Assembly: GCF_004010195.1 (NCBI RefSeq)
Contig: NC_057755.1
Location: 350,399-414,398 of the forward strand
Direction of reading: 5' to 3'
Origin: Chiloscyllium plagiosum
Taxonomy: Eukaryota
Length of the DNA stretch: 64,000 nucleotides
Shown here: one piece after another, positions 12,715 to 25,492 of the stretch
Layout of the letters: each line of letters starts with the position of its first letter
Numbering within the stretch: position 1 is the stretch's first letter
Notes under the pieces: model-generated
Database searches by the model: none
What the model saw: only the letters and a program-made list of their open reading frames with translations
Told to the model about the DNA's origin: nothing
Translations under genes and position numbers: made by a program

Positions 12715-12910
12715 TTGGAGATGCCGGTGTTGGACTGGGGTGTACAAAGTTAAAAATCGCACAATATCAGATTATAGTCCAACAGGTATAATTGGAAGCG
12801 CACTAGCTTTCGGAGCGACGCTCACCTGATGAAGGAGCGTCGCTCCTAAAGCTAGTGTGCTTGCAATTAAACCTGTTGGACTATAACCTGGAGTTGTGTG
12901 ATTTTTCACT
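12715..12910. mobile_element. Palindromic Penelope-type terminal element with hammerhead-like core (G12 mutated: TAAA)
   Basis: Inverted arms of ~75 bp (12746-12823 and ~12835-12912). Flanking 12-bp direct repeat TTCTTCTCTGAC at 12703-12714 and 12911-12922. Confidence 0.8.
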
Positions 12911-13813
12911 TTCTTCTCTGACAATTGCCTCCTACTGACTTGCAAGGGCACATGGAATTTGAACGTGAAACTACTCATCCAAGAAAACATCGAGGAGCTA
13001 AAAAGGTATTCCACAAGTTGGAGAAACATGAAACCCCCTTTGAGTGTCCGTCAGAGTGGAAGGACTCTTTCAAGGTGAACATCAAGAGGATCTTTATACT
13101 CAGAGATGTTCTAAAGGTGAAAAAGAGACTGCGAATACTCCAGAAATGCGTGCAGAACCAACTCTTGTTGCATACCGTTGGGTATAATGCCATATATTAT
13201 CTCCAAGAGGTGAAGAGCCAGTAAATTTCACTCTTTACTTCGGAAGTCTCCAAGGTAATCTCACTGTCCAGGACTGCACTGTGGGGAAGGGCGAGATGTG
13301 CGAACGTTTTTTCTTCTAGGAGATACGCTGGGAGAGCAGTGTGCTCAACAGCCTGAAGAATGAAGATGGCTCAGTAACGTCATCATAGTCTGAGGTCCTG
13401 AGGATCAGCAAATCCGTTTATACCAGACTGCATGACATGAAGTCCACTGACAGTGAGTCCGCTCAGTCATTTCCGTCCTCTCTCATGGAGGTCATAGGGA
13501 ACTGCACAGTGGAAGACGCTGGACCATCTACGATCTGTGAAAAATATGACCAAAGCCTTCTAGTCCTCAGACAAGAGTAAATTTCCCAGAAGGGATGGCT
13601 TACTGGCTGAGTTGGTTCACTCTGTGAGACTTGATTGGCCAGGACCTGCTGGTGATGCTTCTAACTATCTGCTTTTAACAGGTAGCCTATGTTATTCCAT
13701 GAGGGAAGTTATTATCTCCCTCATCCACAATCAATCTGTCCAAATACTGTCTTATGGATCACCATTCCTGATGTAGAAACTCCGTTTAAGTTATGCTAAT
13801 TACAGATTTACAA

Positions 13814-14115
13814 GGCGGCACAGTGCTCAGTGGTTAGCACTGCTGCCTCATAGAGCCACGGACCAGGGTTCAATTCACATCTCGGGAACTGTCTGTGTGG
13901 TGTTTCCACATTCTCCCCGTGTCTGCGTGTGTTTCCTCCCACAGTCCAAAGATGTGCAGGTTAGGTGAATTGGCCATGCTAAATTCCCCGTAGATTGAGG
14001 TGCATTAGTCAGGGGTAAATATAGGGGAATGTGTCTGGGTGAATTGCTCTTCAGGGGGTCGGTGCGGACTTATTGGGCTGAAGAAACTGTTTCCACACTG
14101 TAAGGAATATAATCT
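13814..14115 (+). mobile_element. HE1-like tRNA-derived V-SINE
   Basis: tRNA-like head GGCACAGTGCTCAGTGGTTAGCACTGCTGCCTCA...GGTTCAATTC, V-domain-like CACATTCTCCCCGTGTCTGCGTG...CCCACAGTCCAAAGATGTGCAGGTTAGG, and a CR1-like 3' tail. Confidence 0.85.
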
Positions 14116-14124
14116 AAAAACAAT

Positions 14125-14640
14125 ATACAGTTCTAGTCACCGCATTTTATGAATGATGTGGAATCTTTGGAAAGGGTGCAGAGGAGATTTACGAGGATGT
14201 TGCCTGTTATGGTAGGCATGTCCTACGAGGAATCGCTGAGGGCCATGAGGTTGTTCTCGTTAAGCGAAGAAGGTTGAGAGGTGGCTTACTAGAGACATAC
14301 AAGATAATCAGAGGGTGAGATAGGGTGGACAGGAAGAGCCTTTTTCCAAGTATGGGGATGGCAAACACGACGGGACAGAGCTTTACAGTGTGGGGAGAAA
14401 GGTATAAGACAGATGTCAGAGGTAGTTTCTTTACTCAGAGAGTAGTCAGGGGATGGAATGCTTTGCCTGCAACGCTAGTAGATACGTCAAGTTTAAGTGC
14501 ATTTAAGTCGTCATTGGACAGGCAAATGAACGTACATGGAATAGAGTAGGTGGGATGGGCTTCAGATTGGCATGACAGGGCGGCGCAACATCGAGGACTG
14601 AAGTACTGCGCTGTAATGTTATATGTTCTATGTCCTATAT
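14125..14640 (+). mobile_element. CR1 LINE 3' end fragment
   Basis: Peptide ERVQRRFTRMLP...FFTQRVVRGWNALP; tail TATGTTCTATGTCCTAT. Confidence 0.85.
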
Positions 14641-15409
14641 AATATAGCTCAGCCCCTGCAATCTAAACTAGCTCAAAGAAGCTTAGATAACACAAGAAGT
14701 AAAGGGGAGACGGATGACTAATGACGAATTTCAATTGGTGAGCATAGATTAAAAAATCCTGTCTGAGTTTATCGCCAACGGGATCGTGTCTGTTTGGAAA
14801 TTAGTGATTTACCAGGACAAAGTCTGATCTGTACCGTGCATGATGATCCTGAGAGCCTTACACTACTCAGGAAAACGGTCACCTATATGCAGGGCAGGCG
14901 AAATCGCATCGTGCTTCGCCAGTCTGGACCAGGAGGAGGCCTCTGACAGGATATCGCTTAACTACCTGTGGGATGTGCTCTCTGAAAGGGGCTTTCGAGG
15001 GGGAATACACTAATCAATCCGAATGTTCATCACCAGTGTCATTTGTACAGCCTCGATCAAGCGTTGCGAATCAGAAAGCTTTCTGATCAATTTCAAATTC
15101 AGGCCGGGATGCACACTGTCACCTTTCCTCTTTTATTGTTGACCTGGAGACTCCAGAATAATTATTGCAATGCTTTCAGACGTTTCGTCGTCATTAACTA
15201 TTGTCTACAGATTGATAATCGTTTTACAAAGGCTCTCAATCCATCCCTGCACAACTATACATCAATTCATTATTTAGATTCAGGACTGTAGTTTCCGACT
15301 GAATTTCTTAATTCTCCATCTTAATAAACAATTTGACCTAATTATGATCAATCTTCCCCAATACGAATATGGAGGTAAATCTTGCTATTGCGTTGTGTCT
15401 ATTGTTTTT

Positions 15410-15505
15410 TTAGATAATGGAACGCCAAGCATCGGGACCTTGTAATCTTGATGGATAATCCAGTATTTGGTTATTCGAATGCGGGGTAATCGAGGTTCCT
15501 CTGTA
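15410..15505. mobile_element. Possible Tc1/mariner (Tigger/pogo-like) MITE end
   Basis: Ends in ...ATCGAGGTTCCTCTG-TA with ggataatc-type subterminal repeats. A similar end (...TCGGATAATCAAGTTTCATCTG-TA) lies at ~12175-12230. Confidence 0.35.
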
Positions 15506-18226
15506 CGTTGCTCAATGATGCTATTGCATTATGTGTGTAGTTTTTTTTTGGGGAAAGTGGATTAAATCGCTACATGCTGACACCTTGTGCTCTTTCAGCA
15601 ACTCAATGCTGTGAGATATGATAAATTAATCATTTCAATGTGGTATTTCTATACAAACACCTCACATGTCATTGAAAATGATCTATAATAAAGGTGAGCT
15701 TTCGACAGTAACAGTGTCACTGAAAACATCCATTATTGAGGATCTCCTAAATATTAAAACGTAGATCTCCCGAAAAAACTTTGCCCCTGAATCTGTGGGG
15801 AACGTGAGGGAAGTGTTTGATTCTTAAGACGATGATTCTGAAGCACAAAATCTTGATGGAGGTAGCAATGGTTTTTGTTCCTTTTCTTTTTCATTCACAG
15901 ATTTTCGACTTCCAGTGGCCAGTCATATTTTCGACCTAATTGGGTTTGACCCTCAACGGTTACATAATCTCCAATTAATACGGATCCGCCTAGCAAAACG
16001 ACAGTGTCCTCGCGATATTTTAGACCTGACGCTGAGGCACGCAGGAGCTGTCCATCAGCAGACGTGGGTGAGTCATTCCCTGTTCCCTGCAGTGTCCTGC
16101 ATATGTGCAGTGAAGAAACCTAACATAGCTGACATTTGCAGTGATGGAATAGATTGAAGGGGGATGTACAGGACAGACAGGGAGGGAATTGAACGCATAA
16201 AGATGGAAACATATCAACTTCATGAAATGTTTGAGCGGTAGGCATTATAGTCATTAAGGCCTGTAGTGATGGGGACATGTGTCTTCGTTTGAGGACTGGT
16301 ATACTCGGGAAAACCGAAAGTGGGAACAACATTTCATTTTTTATGTTCTCTGGCTGATAGTTTTGGATCATTCCTTGAGACACAGTATTTATAATCTACA
16401 GCAATGACTGACATGATGAGATTGTGAGCTATGTCTGCGGATATCACAATGGTAGGTGAGCCCGTAAAGGACAGAAAGAGATGGGAACGCTGAAAAAAGG
16501 AAGGACAGGTTCAGTGTGAGTGAACAAGCCATAGCCTAGCAACATATGACATAGAAATTTGAGGCACTCTCCCTTCATTTCAGCCTTGAAAAAAGTTCAA
16601 AAAAATTTCTCGTTCCGTTTTTTGCCCGAAACAAAGAGGCAACAAGAAATCTTTCTGTCTATTCAATGACAGCGGTTCCCATTGTTCTCTGGAAAACTTT
16701 ACTCCCCTCAGATCGTTCTGAATTCCAATATTACAACCCAGTGTTTGTGTCCTTTAAGGCCCTCATCATTGAACGCTGGCTCACCACCAATAATTCTGGT
16801 CAATCGATGCTGTTCTCAAATGGACATGATCTTCCCAGACACCACTCGTTTGTTGTGGACATGATCTTCCCAGACACCACTCGTTTGTTGTCGCTTCCTA
16901 TCTTTAAATTCAAGTGAATGTTGTTATAACATCAAGTGTCAGCAATGGACAAGCATAACATTGCTGACTGACTCTTTCAAAAGCATCAGTCTTGACATAA
17001 CAGAGTCTAGGATGGGAAACGGCCTCAACATTGGCCAGGTTCAAGAACAACATCAGCGCATTTTCAGGGGAAGGGTAGACTGCGGGTGGGATGGAGTGGG
17101 AGCCTGAAAGTGTTAAAAGGGAACGGCCCGAGGTCCTGGTCCACATTGGCACAGCAAAGTCTGGTAGGCGAATTAACATTCAGAGTTTTGCATCTTGTCA
17201 TTGATAACAACTTATTTACAAATCTATAGTCTTTGACAGCAGCCTCTCACTGAGTCAGGTATTCAGCTTCTCAATATCCCAGACATTCACACTTTAGAAT
17301 CAGCCAGGTCTCCCTGGTTGGCACAGATTAATAGCCCCAATCAGGGATTTCATATCCAACAAGGTACATATGCCCTACCTTATGACAATCATCAACAGGA
17401 GAAAAAACAACGAGTTTCTGAAAGTAGAAAAGAGCAAATCGAGCAAGAAATTGAAAAGCTGATCCATGGCTGAATCCAATTGCTCATTAGGCTGAAGAAC
17501 GTGTGGCTGTAATCGTTGGTTTCCGTAGAAGGGCTTTCAACATGTCAATTTCTGGGTTTCCGTAGAAGGGCTTTCAACATGTCAATTTCTGGAAATGATT
17601 TTCAGGCTAGGGCGACCTGAATACTTTGTGTTTGTTTTGTTTTATTTGGATGGAAATTGCTACCCAGCTGCGCAGACATGTTCCTGTGGTTGTGAATACT
17701 TAATCACATCTGTTAGACCTTTAGGAATCTGGGATAAAACTCAGTTTGGAGGGAAATGAAGTTGGCCCAAATAAGTAAATCTGTGTGCGAAAGTGGAAAG
17801 CAGCAGAATCACATTCTGGACCTGTAAAATTGCTGTGCTTCTGAAACTTAAACTTCAGGATCAAACACTTCCGTCCCGTGCCTCACAGATTTAGGGACAG
17901 GGTTCTTCCCAGTGCGTTACTAGTTGATTTTCGGGAGATCCTCAATAACATATGCGCGAGGTGATATAGTTACCGTCAAAAGTTTACTTTTAAAACATTT
18001 TGTCTTAATGATCATGTGGGAGTTATATGTTCAGTAACAGACTGAAAGAATACATCAATATTTTGAGCTGTTCACAACCGCCCAAGAACCTAAAGCCACA
18101 ATGCACATTGGAAAACGTAATCGATTGCATCTCGCAGCGTTGGATTGACAGAAGAGCACAGATGTCAGCATGCAGCAATTTGTTATTTTTTTTTCCAAAT
18201 GTTACGAACACAATGTGACAGCTTTA

Positions 18227-19476
18227 ACTCATGTCTCACAAACTTGATTGAGTTTTTTGAAGAAGTAACAAAGAAGATTGATGAGAGCGGAGCAATAGAT
18301 GTGATCTGTATCGACTTCAGTAAGGCGTTTGAAAAGGTTCCCAATGGAAGAATGATGAGCAAGCTTAGATCTCATGGAATACAGGGAGAACGAGCCATTT
18401 GCATACAGAACTGGTTCAAAGGTAGAAGGTGGTGTTGGAGGTTTGTTTTCAGACTGGACGCCTGTGACCAGTGGAGTGCCACAAGGATCGGTGCTGGGCC
18501 CTCTACTTTTTGTCATTTACATAAATGATTTGGATGCGAGCATAAGAGGTAAAGTTAGTAAGTTTGCAGATGATACCAAAATTGGAGGTGTAGTGGACAG
18601 CGGAGAGGGTTACCTCAGATTACATCAGGATCTGAACCAGATTGTCCAATGGGATGAGAAGTGGCAGATGGAATTTAATTCAGATAAATGCGAGGTGCTG
18701 CATTTTAGGAAAGCAAATCTTAGCAGGACTTATACACCTAATAGTAAGGCCCTAGGGAGTGTTGCTGAACAAAGACACGTTGGAGTGCAGGTTCATAGCT
18801 CCTTGAAAGTGGAGACGCAGGTAGATAGGATAGTGAAGACGGCGTTTGGTAAACTTTCCTTTCTTGGTCAGACTATTGAGTACAGGAGTTGGGACGTTAT
18901 ATTGCGGATGTACAGGACAGTGGTTAGGCCACTGTTGGCATATTGCGTGCACTTCTGGTCTCCTTCCTATCGCAAAGAGATTGTGAAGCTTGAAAGGGTT
19001 CAGAAAAGATTTACAAGGATGCTGCCAGGGTTGGTGGATCTGAGCTACAGGGAGAGGCTGAACAGGCTGGGGCTCTTTTCCCTAGAGCGTTCCAGACTGA
19101 GGGGTGACCTTATAGAGGTTTACAAAATTATGAGGGGCATGGACAGGATAAATAGACAAAGTCTTTTGCCTGGGGTCAGTGAGTCCAAAACTAGAGGGCA
19201 TAGGTTTAGGGTGAGAGGGGAAAGATAAAAAAGAGACCTAAGGGGCACCGTTTACACACAGAGGGTGGAATGAGCTGCCAGAAGATGTGATGGAGGCTCT
19301 TCCAATTGCAGCACTTAAGAGGCATTTGGATGGGTATATGAATAGGAATGGTTTGGAGTGATATGGGCCGGGTGCTGGCAGGTGGGACTAGATTAGGTTG
19401 GGATATCTTGTGGGCATAGGCAGGTTCAACCGAAGATTCTGTTTCCATGCTGTACATCTCTATGACTCTATGACTA
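18227..19476 (+). mobile_element. 5'-truncated CR1 LINE (RT domain to tail)
   Basis: SCLTNLIEFFEEVTK, DFSKAFEKVP, SGVPQGSVLGPLLFVIYINDL and KFADDTK motifs (ORFs 18145, 18374); tail CTCTATGACTCTATGACTAT. Confidence 0.95.
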
Positions 19477-19734
19477 TATTTAACAATATCATTGTATTTG
19501 TGAAAAATGACTATAAAATGCTCAAATTGTTTCGTAAGATGGAGAAAGAAGAAATTGAATTTTAAACTCAGAGCCTTGAATCTAAATAAAGAGAACAAGC
19601 AATTGATGCAAAAATGGTCAGAAATGGATTGAGTTCTCAGTGGAGCGGCAATGGCAAATGAGTCAGAAACATCGCATTAAAATACTTCAATTATTTATTC
19701 ACCTCGAGGACAAGAACCAAACAGGAAAGTTGAT

Positions 19735-20720
19735 AATGGGCAGCGCTACCTGACTCCAGGACTGTTCGGGAAACGTTCTGATTCCTACTTATTTACTGAG
19801 ACTGCTCTAACATTGTTGATGCCCATTAGGTCAATCCGATTGCAGCTTTCGTCGCTAAAGCCAAATTTGAAGAGTACGTCCCTTGTGATGGTGTGTGATT
19901 TCCTGTCAAAGGCCACCTGCTGGTCCAGGCTGATAAGGCAGGTTTCCAAACTCACGAAAATACAAGTAGACAATTATACCACTGAGGAGTGCAAGATTCT
20001 CCGAGATCATCCTGCCCAGAACAGCACAGATTTGTTCGGGGTGAATGACTGATCGCAAGCAGACTTGACCTCATTGGCGATGATCTCAGGCAGAATTTTG
20101 TAAACTGAATTTAGCAGTGAAACAGGTCGTTGGATCTCCCTATCCCCTTCTAATTGGAAATGAGAGGGATGATAGCTTTCTTGCTAGTTTCACGCAATCT
20201 ACTTTTTTGAAGCATACTGTTATACACTTCCAGCATGTCCAGGCCAATCAAGTGCCACAGAGGTGAAAATAAGCGATCACTGATAGAACTTGTACTCTTT
20301 TCTAAGAGCTTGAAGGCCTTTTGCAGCTCCTCCAGAGGTAATTGTTGGTGCAGACTCTCCCGTCTGCTGTTGCCCAAGACCTCCGTGTAACAGAACAGGA
20401 ACAACCGGGAGGCCAAGCTGTCTATGCACTTCCTGTCATAGAGATTTGCATAAAATGATTTGCTGATCGTCAGGACTTTCTACTAGGTGGTCGTGCTCTC
20501 AGTAGAAACCCTTTTAATTCTGACTCACCCGACAATTAGCCCCACGGCCTGGCTTCACAAAGAATCATAAATTGCTTGGTCTGTTCATTTTACCACAAGC
20601 TGTCTCAAAGCCCACAAGTTATTCTCAGCAAACAGCTCCCACTTCACAGCTCGAAACACATTAAAAGACGACAAAGAACAAAAAGTCAATGAAGGTTCTA
20701 TCACCTCTGGTCCCCATCAT
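19735..20720 (-). mobile_element. Tx1/L1-clade relic (mirror of 12480-15130)
   Basis: Peptides CLISLDQQVAFDRKSH and PLWHLIGLDMLEVYNSML...KKAIIPLI. Copy at ~56450-57420. Confidence 0.75.
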
Positions 20721-21344
20721 TTTTGGTGTCTTGTTCACCTTCTCCTTTGTAAACACTGTTGGCTTTTTGAATAGGAGGTGTTCAGAGGGATATGGGCCAA
20801 ATGGGACAAATTAGGATATCTTATCGGCATGGATGTATTTCATTTAATTCGCTTTGATAGATTTTTTGTCACATGTGTGGAAATGCAGTGAAAAGTTTTG
20901 CATATGAGCATTAGATTTTGACAGAGGCAGACAGGTTACATTTTACAGAAAGTACAAGACACATCAGCGTTAGAAAGATCAGCATTACGTGGTTGAAGAG
21001 AGTCCATTCAATGATCTAAAAACGGCTGGGCAGAAGTTGTTCCTGAACCTGCTGGTGTGTGTTCAGGTTTTTGTTTCTTCTACCTGACGGAAAAAGTTAT
21101 AGCGGATCATTACCAGGGTGGGACGACTCTAATGGAGTCCATAGATGGAAGGTTGACTCACGTAATGGACTTCATTGTCAGGATTTCAGACTGCGATGAT
21201 GCAGTATATTGATGCAGATAATGAATTGATTGAATGAACAGCAATTTCGGTTCTTGTTTCTGATTTAGAGTGCCCGCAGTTCTTTTGGTTATATTCAGCC
21301 TCTTCCACAGCCTATTACGCTGGAGGAGGTCAATCAGCAGGTGG

Positions 21345-21660
21345 AGGGGATGGCCTAGTGGAATTATCACTTGACTGTCAATCCAGAGACCAAGGTTATA
21401 TTCTGGGGACCCGGACACAACAAATGGGTGTATTTGAATTCAATCAAAGTCTGGAATTAAATAGGCTAATGACGACCGGTTGGCGGTTCATTCATATCCT
21501 TCAGAGAGGGAAACTGCTGTCCTTCCCTGGTCAGTACTACGTGTGACTCTAGACCTAGAATAATGTGAGTGACCCTTAATCTGCCCTCGAGGGAGATGGG
21601 ATGGGAGATAAATGCTTATCCTAGCCAGCGACGCCCTCATTCACTGAAGGAATAAAAACA
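21345..21660 (+). mobile_element. tRNA-derived SINE
   Basis: A-box-like TGGCCTAGTGG head, body GGAAACTGCTGTCCTTCCCTGGTC...GTGACTCTAGACC, A-rich end. Copy at ~58055-58370; fragments at 10440-10530 and 34300-34440. Confidence 0.65.
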
Positions 21661-22098
21661 AAGCCTATTCTTGAAACTGTACTGGAGGAATTATAGGAGA
21701 CAACTTAACTCATTTTGAGATGGCAAAGGGAAACAGCAGTAGTCCATTGATCCTCTCATTTGAGGACAAGGACAGCAGATGGATATTACGACATTCCACA
21801 CTGTTGTACTTGAAAACGACAAAGCACACTGGAAAGGAAAGATGTGAGGAATGGGAATTTGTGTGAAGTTCAATGACAATTGGATTAGGAAGGAAGAATA
21901 GTCGATGAGGTGTAGAGAAGTGATCCCAGGAGGTAATGCAACAGGCAGGGAACTAATTGTGGCGGTGGACAGAGTGAGGACAAGGCTCAAGGTTGAATGT
22001 TTTAAATTTGAAGGGTGAGACCTTCTGTTGGTGGATCATCAGAAGGCAATGCTCTTCCTCCTCACACTGACTAGATCTAATATGGAAATCGTCTGTAT

Positions 22099-24475
22099 TA
22101 GAGTCATAGAATCAGAAAGTTGTACAGCATGGAAACAGACCCTTTGGTCCAACTCGTCCTTATCGACGAGATATCCCAACGAAATCTAGTCCACCCGCCA
22201 TCACCTGGCCCAAATATCTCCAAACCCTTCCTGTTCCTACACGAATCCAGATGCCATTTAAGTGATGCAATTGTACAAGCCTCCAACACTTCCTCTGGTA
22301 GCTCATTCCAGGGCGGTATAAAAGCTGCCCATTAGGATTCTTTTATACCTTGATCCTGTCACCCTCAAGCTATGCTCTCTAGTTTTGGGCACCCTCATCC
22401 CAGGGAAGAGACATTGCCTATTTATCCTATCCACGCCCCTTATGAGTATATAAAACTCTATGAGGTCACTCCTCAGCCTCAGACCCAGCCTATTCAGTTT
22501 CTCCCTACAGCTCAAATCCTTCAGCTCTGGCAACATCCATGAAAGTCATTTCTGAACCCTTTCACGTTTCACAACATCCTTTCAATAGGGAGGAGACCAG
22601 AATTGCACACAATATTCCAACAGTGGTCAAATCAATTAACTGGACAGCCACAACATGACCTCCCAAACCTTGTACTCAATACTCTGACCAAAAAAGGGAA
22701 GCACACCAAACGCCTTCTTCACTCTCCTATCCACCTGTGACTCCATTTTCAACGAGCTATGAACCTGCACTCCAAGGTCTCTTTGTTCAGCAACACTCCC
22801 TAGGACCTTATCATTAAGTGCATAAGTCCTACTATGATTTGCCTTACCAAAATGCAGCCCACCTTGGATTTATCTGAATTGAACAGCATCTGCCACTTTT
22901 CAGCCCGTTGGCCCATCTGGTCAAGATCCCGTTTTAATCTGAGGTAACCTTCTTCATTGTCCACTACACCTTAAATTTTGGTGTCATCTGCAAATGTACT
23001 AACGATACTTCTTTTGCTCACATCCAAATCATGTATAAAATGACAAAAGGTAGAGGAATCAGCACCGATCCTTGCAGGACTCCTCTGGTCACAGGCCTCC
23101 AGTCAGATAAACAACCCTCCACAAACACCCTGTGTGTTCGACCTTTGATTCCGTTCTGCACCCAAATGCTAGTTCTCCCGGTATTCCATGAGATCTAGCT
23201 TTGTTAAGCAGTCCGCCATGAGGAACCTTGTCGTACACCATACTGAAGTCCAAATGGATCATGTCCACCGCTCTGCCTTCATCAATCCTCTTTGTTACTT
23301 CTTCAAAAAATCTTAAACAAGTTTGTGAGACATGATGTTCCACGCACAAAGCCATATTGACTATCCCCAATCAGTCCTTGCTTTTCCAAATATATGTACA
23401 TCCTGTCCCTCAGGATTTTCTCCAACAACTTGCCCACCACTGACGTCAGACTCATGGTCTAGTTCCCTGCTTTATTCTTAACGCCTTTATTAAACAGTGG
23501 CATTATGTTAGCCAACCTCCAGTCTACCGGCATCTCACCTGTGACTATCGTTGATACAGATACCTCAGCAAGGGGCGAGGAATCACTTCCCTAGCTTCCA
23601 GAGGCGTTCTAGTGTTCACCTGATCCGGTCCTGGGGTTTTGTCCACTTTTATGCCTTTCAAGACATCCAATACTTCGTCCTCTGTGATATGGACATTTTT
23701 CAAGATTTCACCATCTACTTTCCAACATCATATATCTTCCGTGTCCTTTTCCATAGTAAAAATAATGCAAAATACGCGTTTATTATCTCACACATCTCCT
23801 GCAGCTCCACACAAAGGCCACCTTGCTGATCTTTGAGTGGGCCCTATTCTCTCCCTAGTTACTCTTTTCTCCATTACGTACTTGAAAAACCCCTTTGGAT
23901 TCGCCTTAACTCTACTTTCCAAAGTTATGTCATGTCCCCTTTTGCCCTCCTGATTTCTCTCTTATGTATACTTCTTGTCTTTATATTCTTCTGAGCATTA
24001 ATTCGATCTACCTTGTCTATACCGGACTTATGTTTCCTTCTTTTTCTGGCTCAACTCCTCAATTTCTTTAATCATTCAGCATTCCCTACACCTACCTGCC
24101 TTTCTTTTCACCCTAACTGGAAAATACTGTCTCTGGGCTTTTGCTATCTCATTTCTGAAGATATCCCATTTTTCACCATTCCATTATCTAGGAACATCTG
24201 CCCCCAATCAGCTTTCGAATGTTGTTGCCTAATACCGTCAAAATTAGCTTTCCTCCAATGTACAACTTCAGCTTTTAAATCTGGTCTATCCTTTTCCATC
24301 ACTATTTTAAAAGTAATTGCATTATGGTCGGTGGCCCTGAAGTGCTGCTCCAATGAAACCTCAGTCACCGGCCCTGCCTTATTTTCCAAGAGTAAGTCCA
24401 GCTTTACACCTTCTCGCATACACATACTGAATCAGAAAAGTTTCTTGTGCACACTTAACAAATTCCTATCCATCG
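22099..24475 (-). mobile_element. CR1 LINE, ~2.4 kb, 5'-truncated within the endonuclease, frameshifted
   Basis: LDLLLENKAG...HFRATDHNAITFKI, KSPGPDQ (copy 2), FFEEVTKRIDEGRAVD..LDFS..YDKVPH, EKLNRLGL; tail TAGAGTCATAG on the + strand. Confidence 0.92.
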
Positions 24476-24895
24476 AAACAATATTACTTTCTATTACTCT
24501 GCACTTCATTTCTTTTTTCTCCATTGTTTAATTATCTTTATTACCTTGGATGTCATTCATTCCCTTCTCCAGTGTTTATTTCTCTCCCGAGTACGTTGTC
24601 TTTCATTTTTTTCTCTCTCACTCTGTATTTAAGCCTTTACCTGTATCCCATCCTCTCTATTCACTACCTTTTATTTATACGGCTCCCTATTAGTCTGTAT
24701 TTAGCCTCCACTACTATTCTTTACTCAACCCGATCGCTATCTATATGTGATCTTCTCTATTTCCTCGTAGTTAACCATCTCTCTTCCTTTGTATTCAACC
24801 CTCACCTTTTTACTCTCTTTGCAAACCTTTTACGCATACTTTCTATTTAATCTTCTCACAATTACTCTCCTTTGGACCCGCTCGACTTCTACCAC

Positions 24896-25492
24896 GCACT
24901 TGACAATCATAAAGCTTCAATCTGTATTCAACTTTCTCCCTATTACTCTCTAATTAGCACTCTCACTAGTTTATTTTTTCTAATCCTCCCCACTCTGGAC
25001 ATAACCCTCTCCAGTCCCTGCTGCACTATACTCAACGCTCTCCTCATTACTGGTACTTAGTTCTTTTTCTGTTATTCTGTGTTGACTCCCCTTCCTTTTC
25101 CCCTTAACTGAACACTCATGTTACTCCCCTGTGTTCAACATTCTCCCTACAACTCTGTATTATATCCTCCTAAGTTCCGCAAAGCACTTGACAATCATCA
25201 AGCTTCAATCTGTATTCAACTTTCTCCCTATTACTCTCTAATTAGCCCTCTCTCTAGTTTATTTTTTCTAATCCTCCCCACTCTGGACATAACCCTCTCC
25301 TGTCCCCTGCATGTAATCCAGTCCCTGCTGCACTATACTCAACGCTCTCCTCATTACTGGTACTTAGTTCTTTTTCTGTTATTCTGTGTTGACTCCCCTT
25401 CCTTTTCCCCTTAACTGAACACTCATGTTACTCCCCTGTGTTCAACATTCTCCCTACAACTCTGTAATATATATCCTCCTAAGTTCCGCAAA
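24896..25492 (+). repeat. Copy-1-specific tandem duplication, unit ~290-310 bp
   Basis: GCACTTGACAATCAT starts at both 24896 and 25184. Copy 2 has a single unit (~61582-61870). Confidence 0.9.

Larger units (their letters stand above)
12480..15130 (+). mobile_element. Tx1/L1-clade non-LTR retrotransposon relic, interrupted by a Penelope-type palindrome, a SINE and a CR1
   Basis: RLDLVLVN and FSD|NCLLL resemble the endonuclease C-terminus. ESPSEWRESFKVNIKRIFILRD (copy 2) resembles the Tx1 linker. The 14880-15130 segment matches the SLDQ.KAFDR.SH RT region. Copy at ~49270-51910. Confidence 0.7.

Noticed and set aside
13814..13885. tRNA gene
   Set aside because: A and B boxes are present, but the sequence continues into a V-SINE body and LINE-like tail and has no proper cloverleaf.
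17400..17475. Gypsy pol fragment (RVSESRKEQIEQEIEKLI)
   Set aside because: Too short, A-rich and unsupported by adjacent RT motifs.
18374..19228. 284-aa ORF as a host or domesticated reverse-transcriptase gene
   Set aside because: It is a 5'-truncated CR1 ORF2 piece, frameshifted upstream and broken by stops and frameshifts in copy 2.
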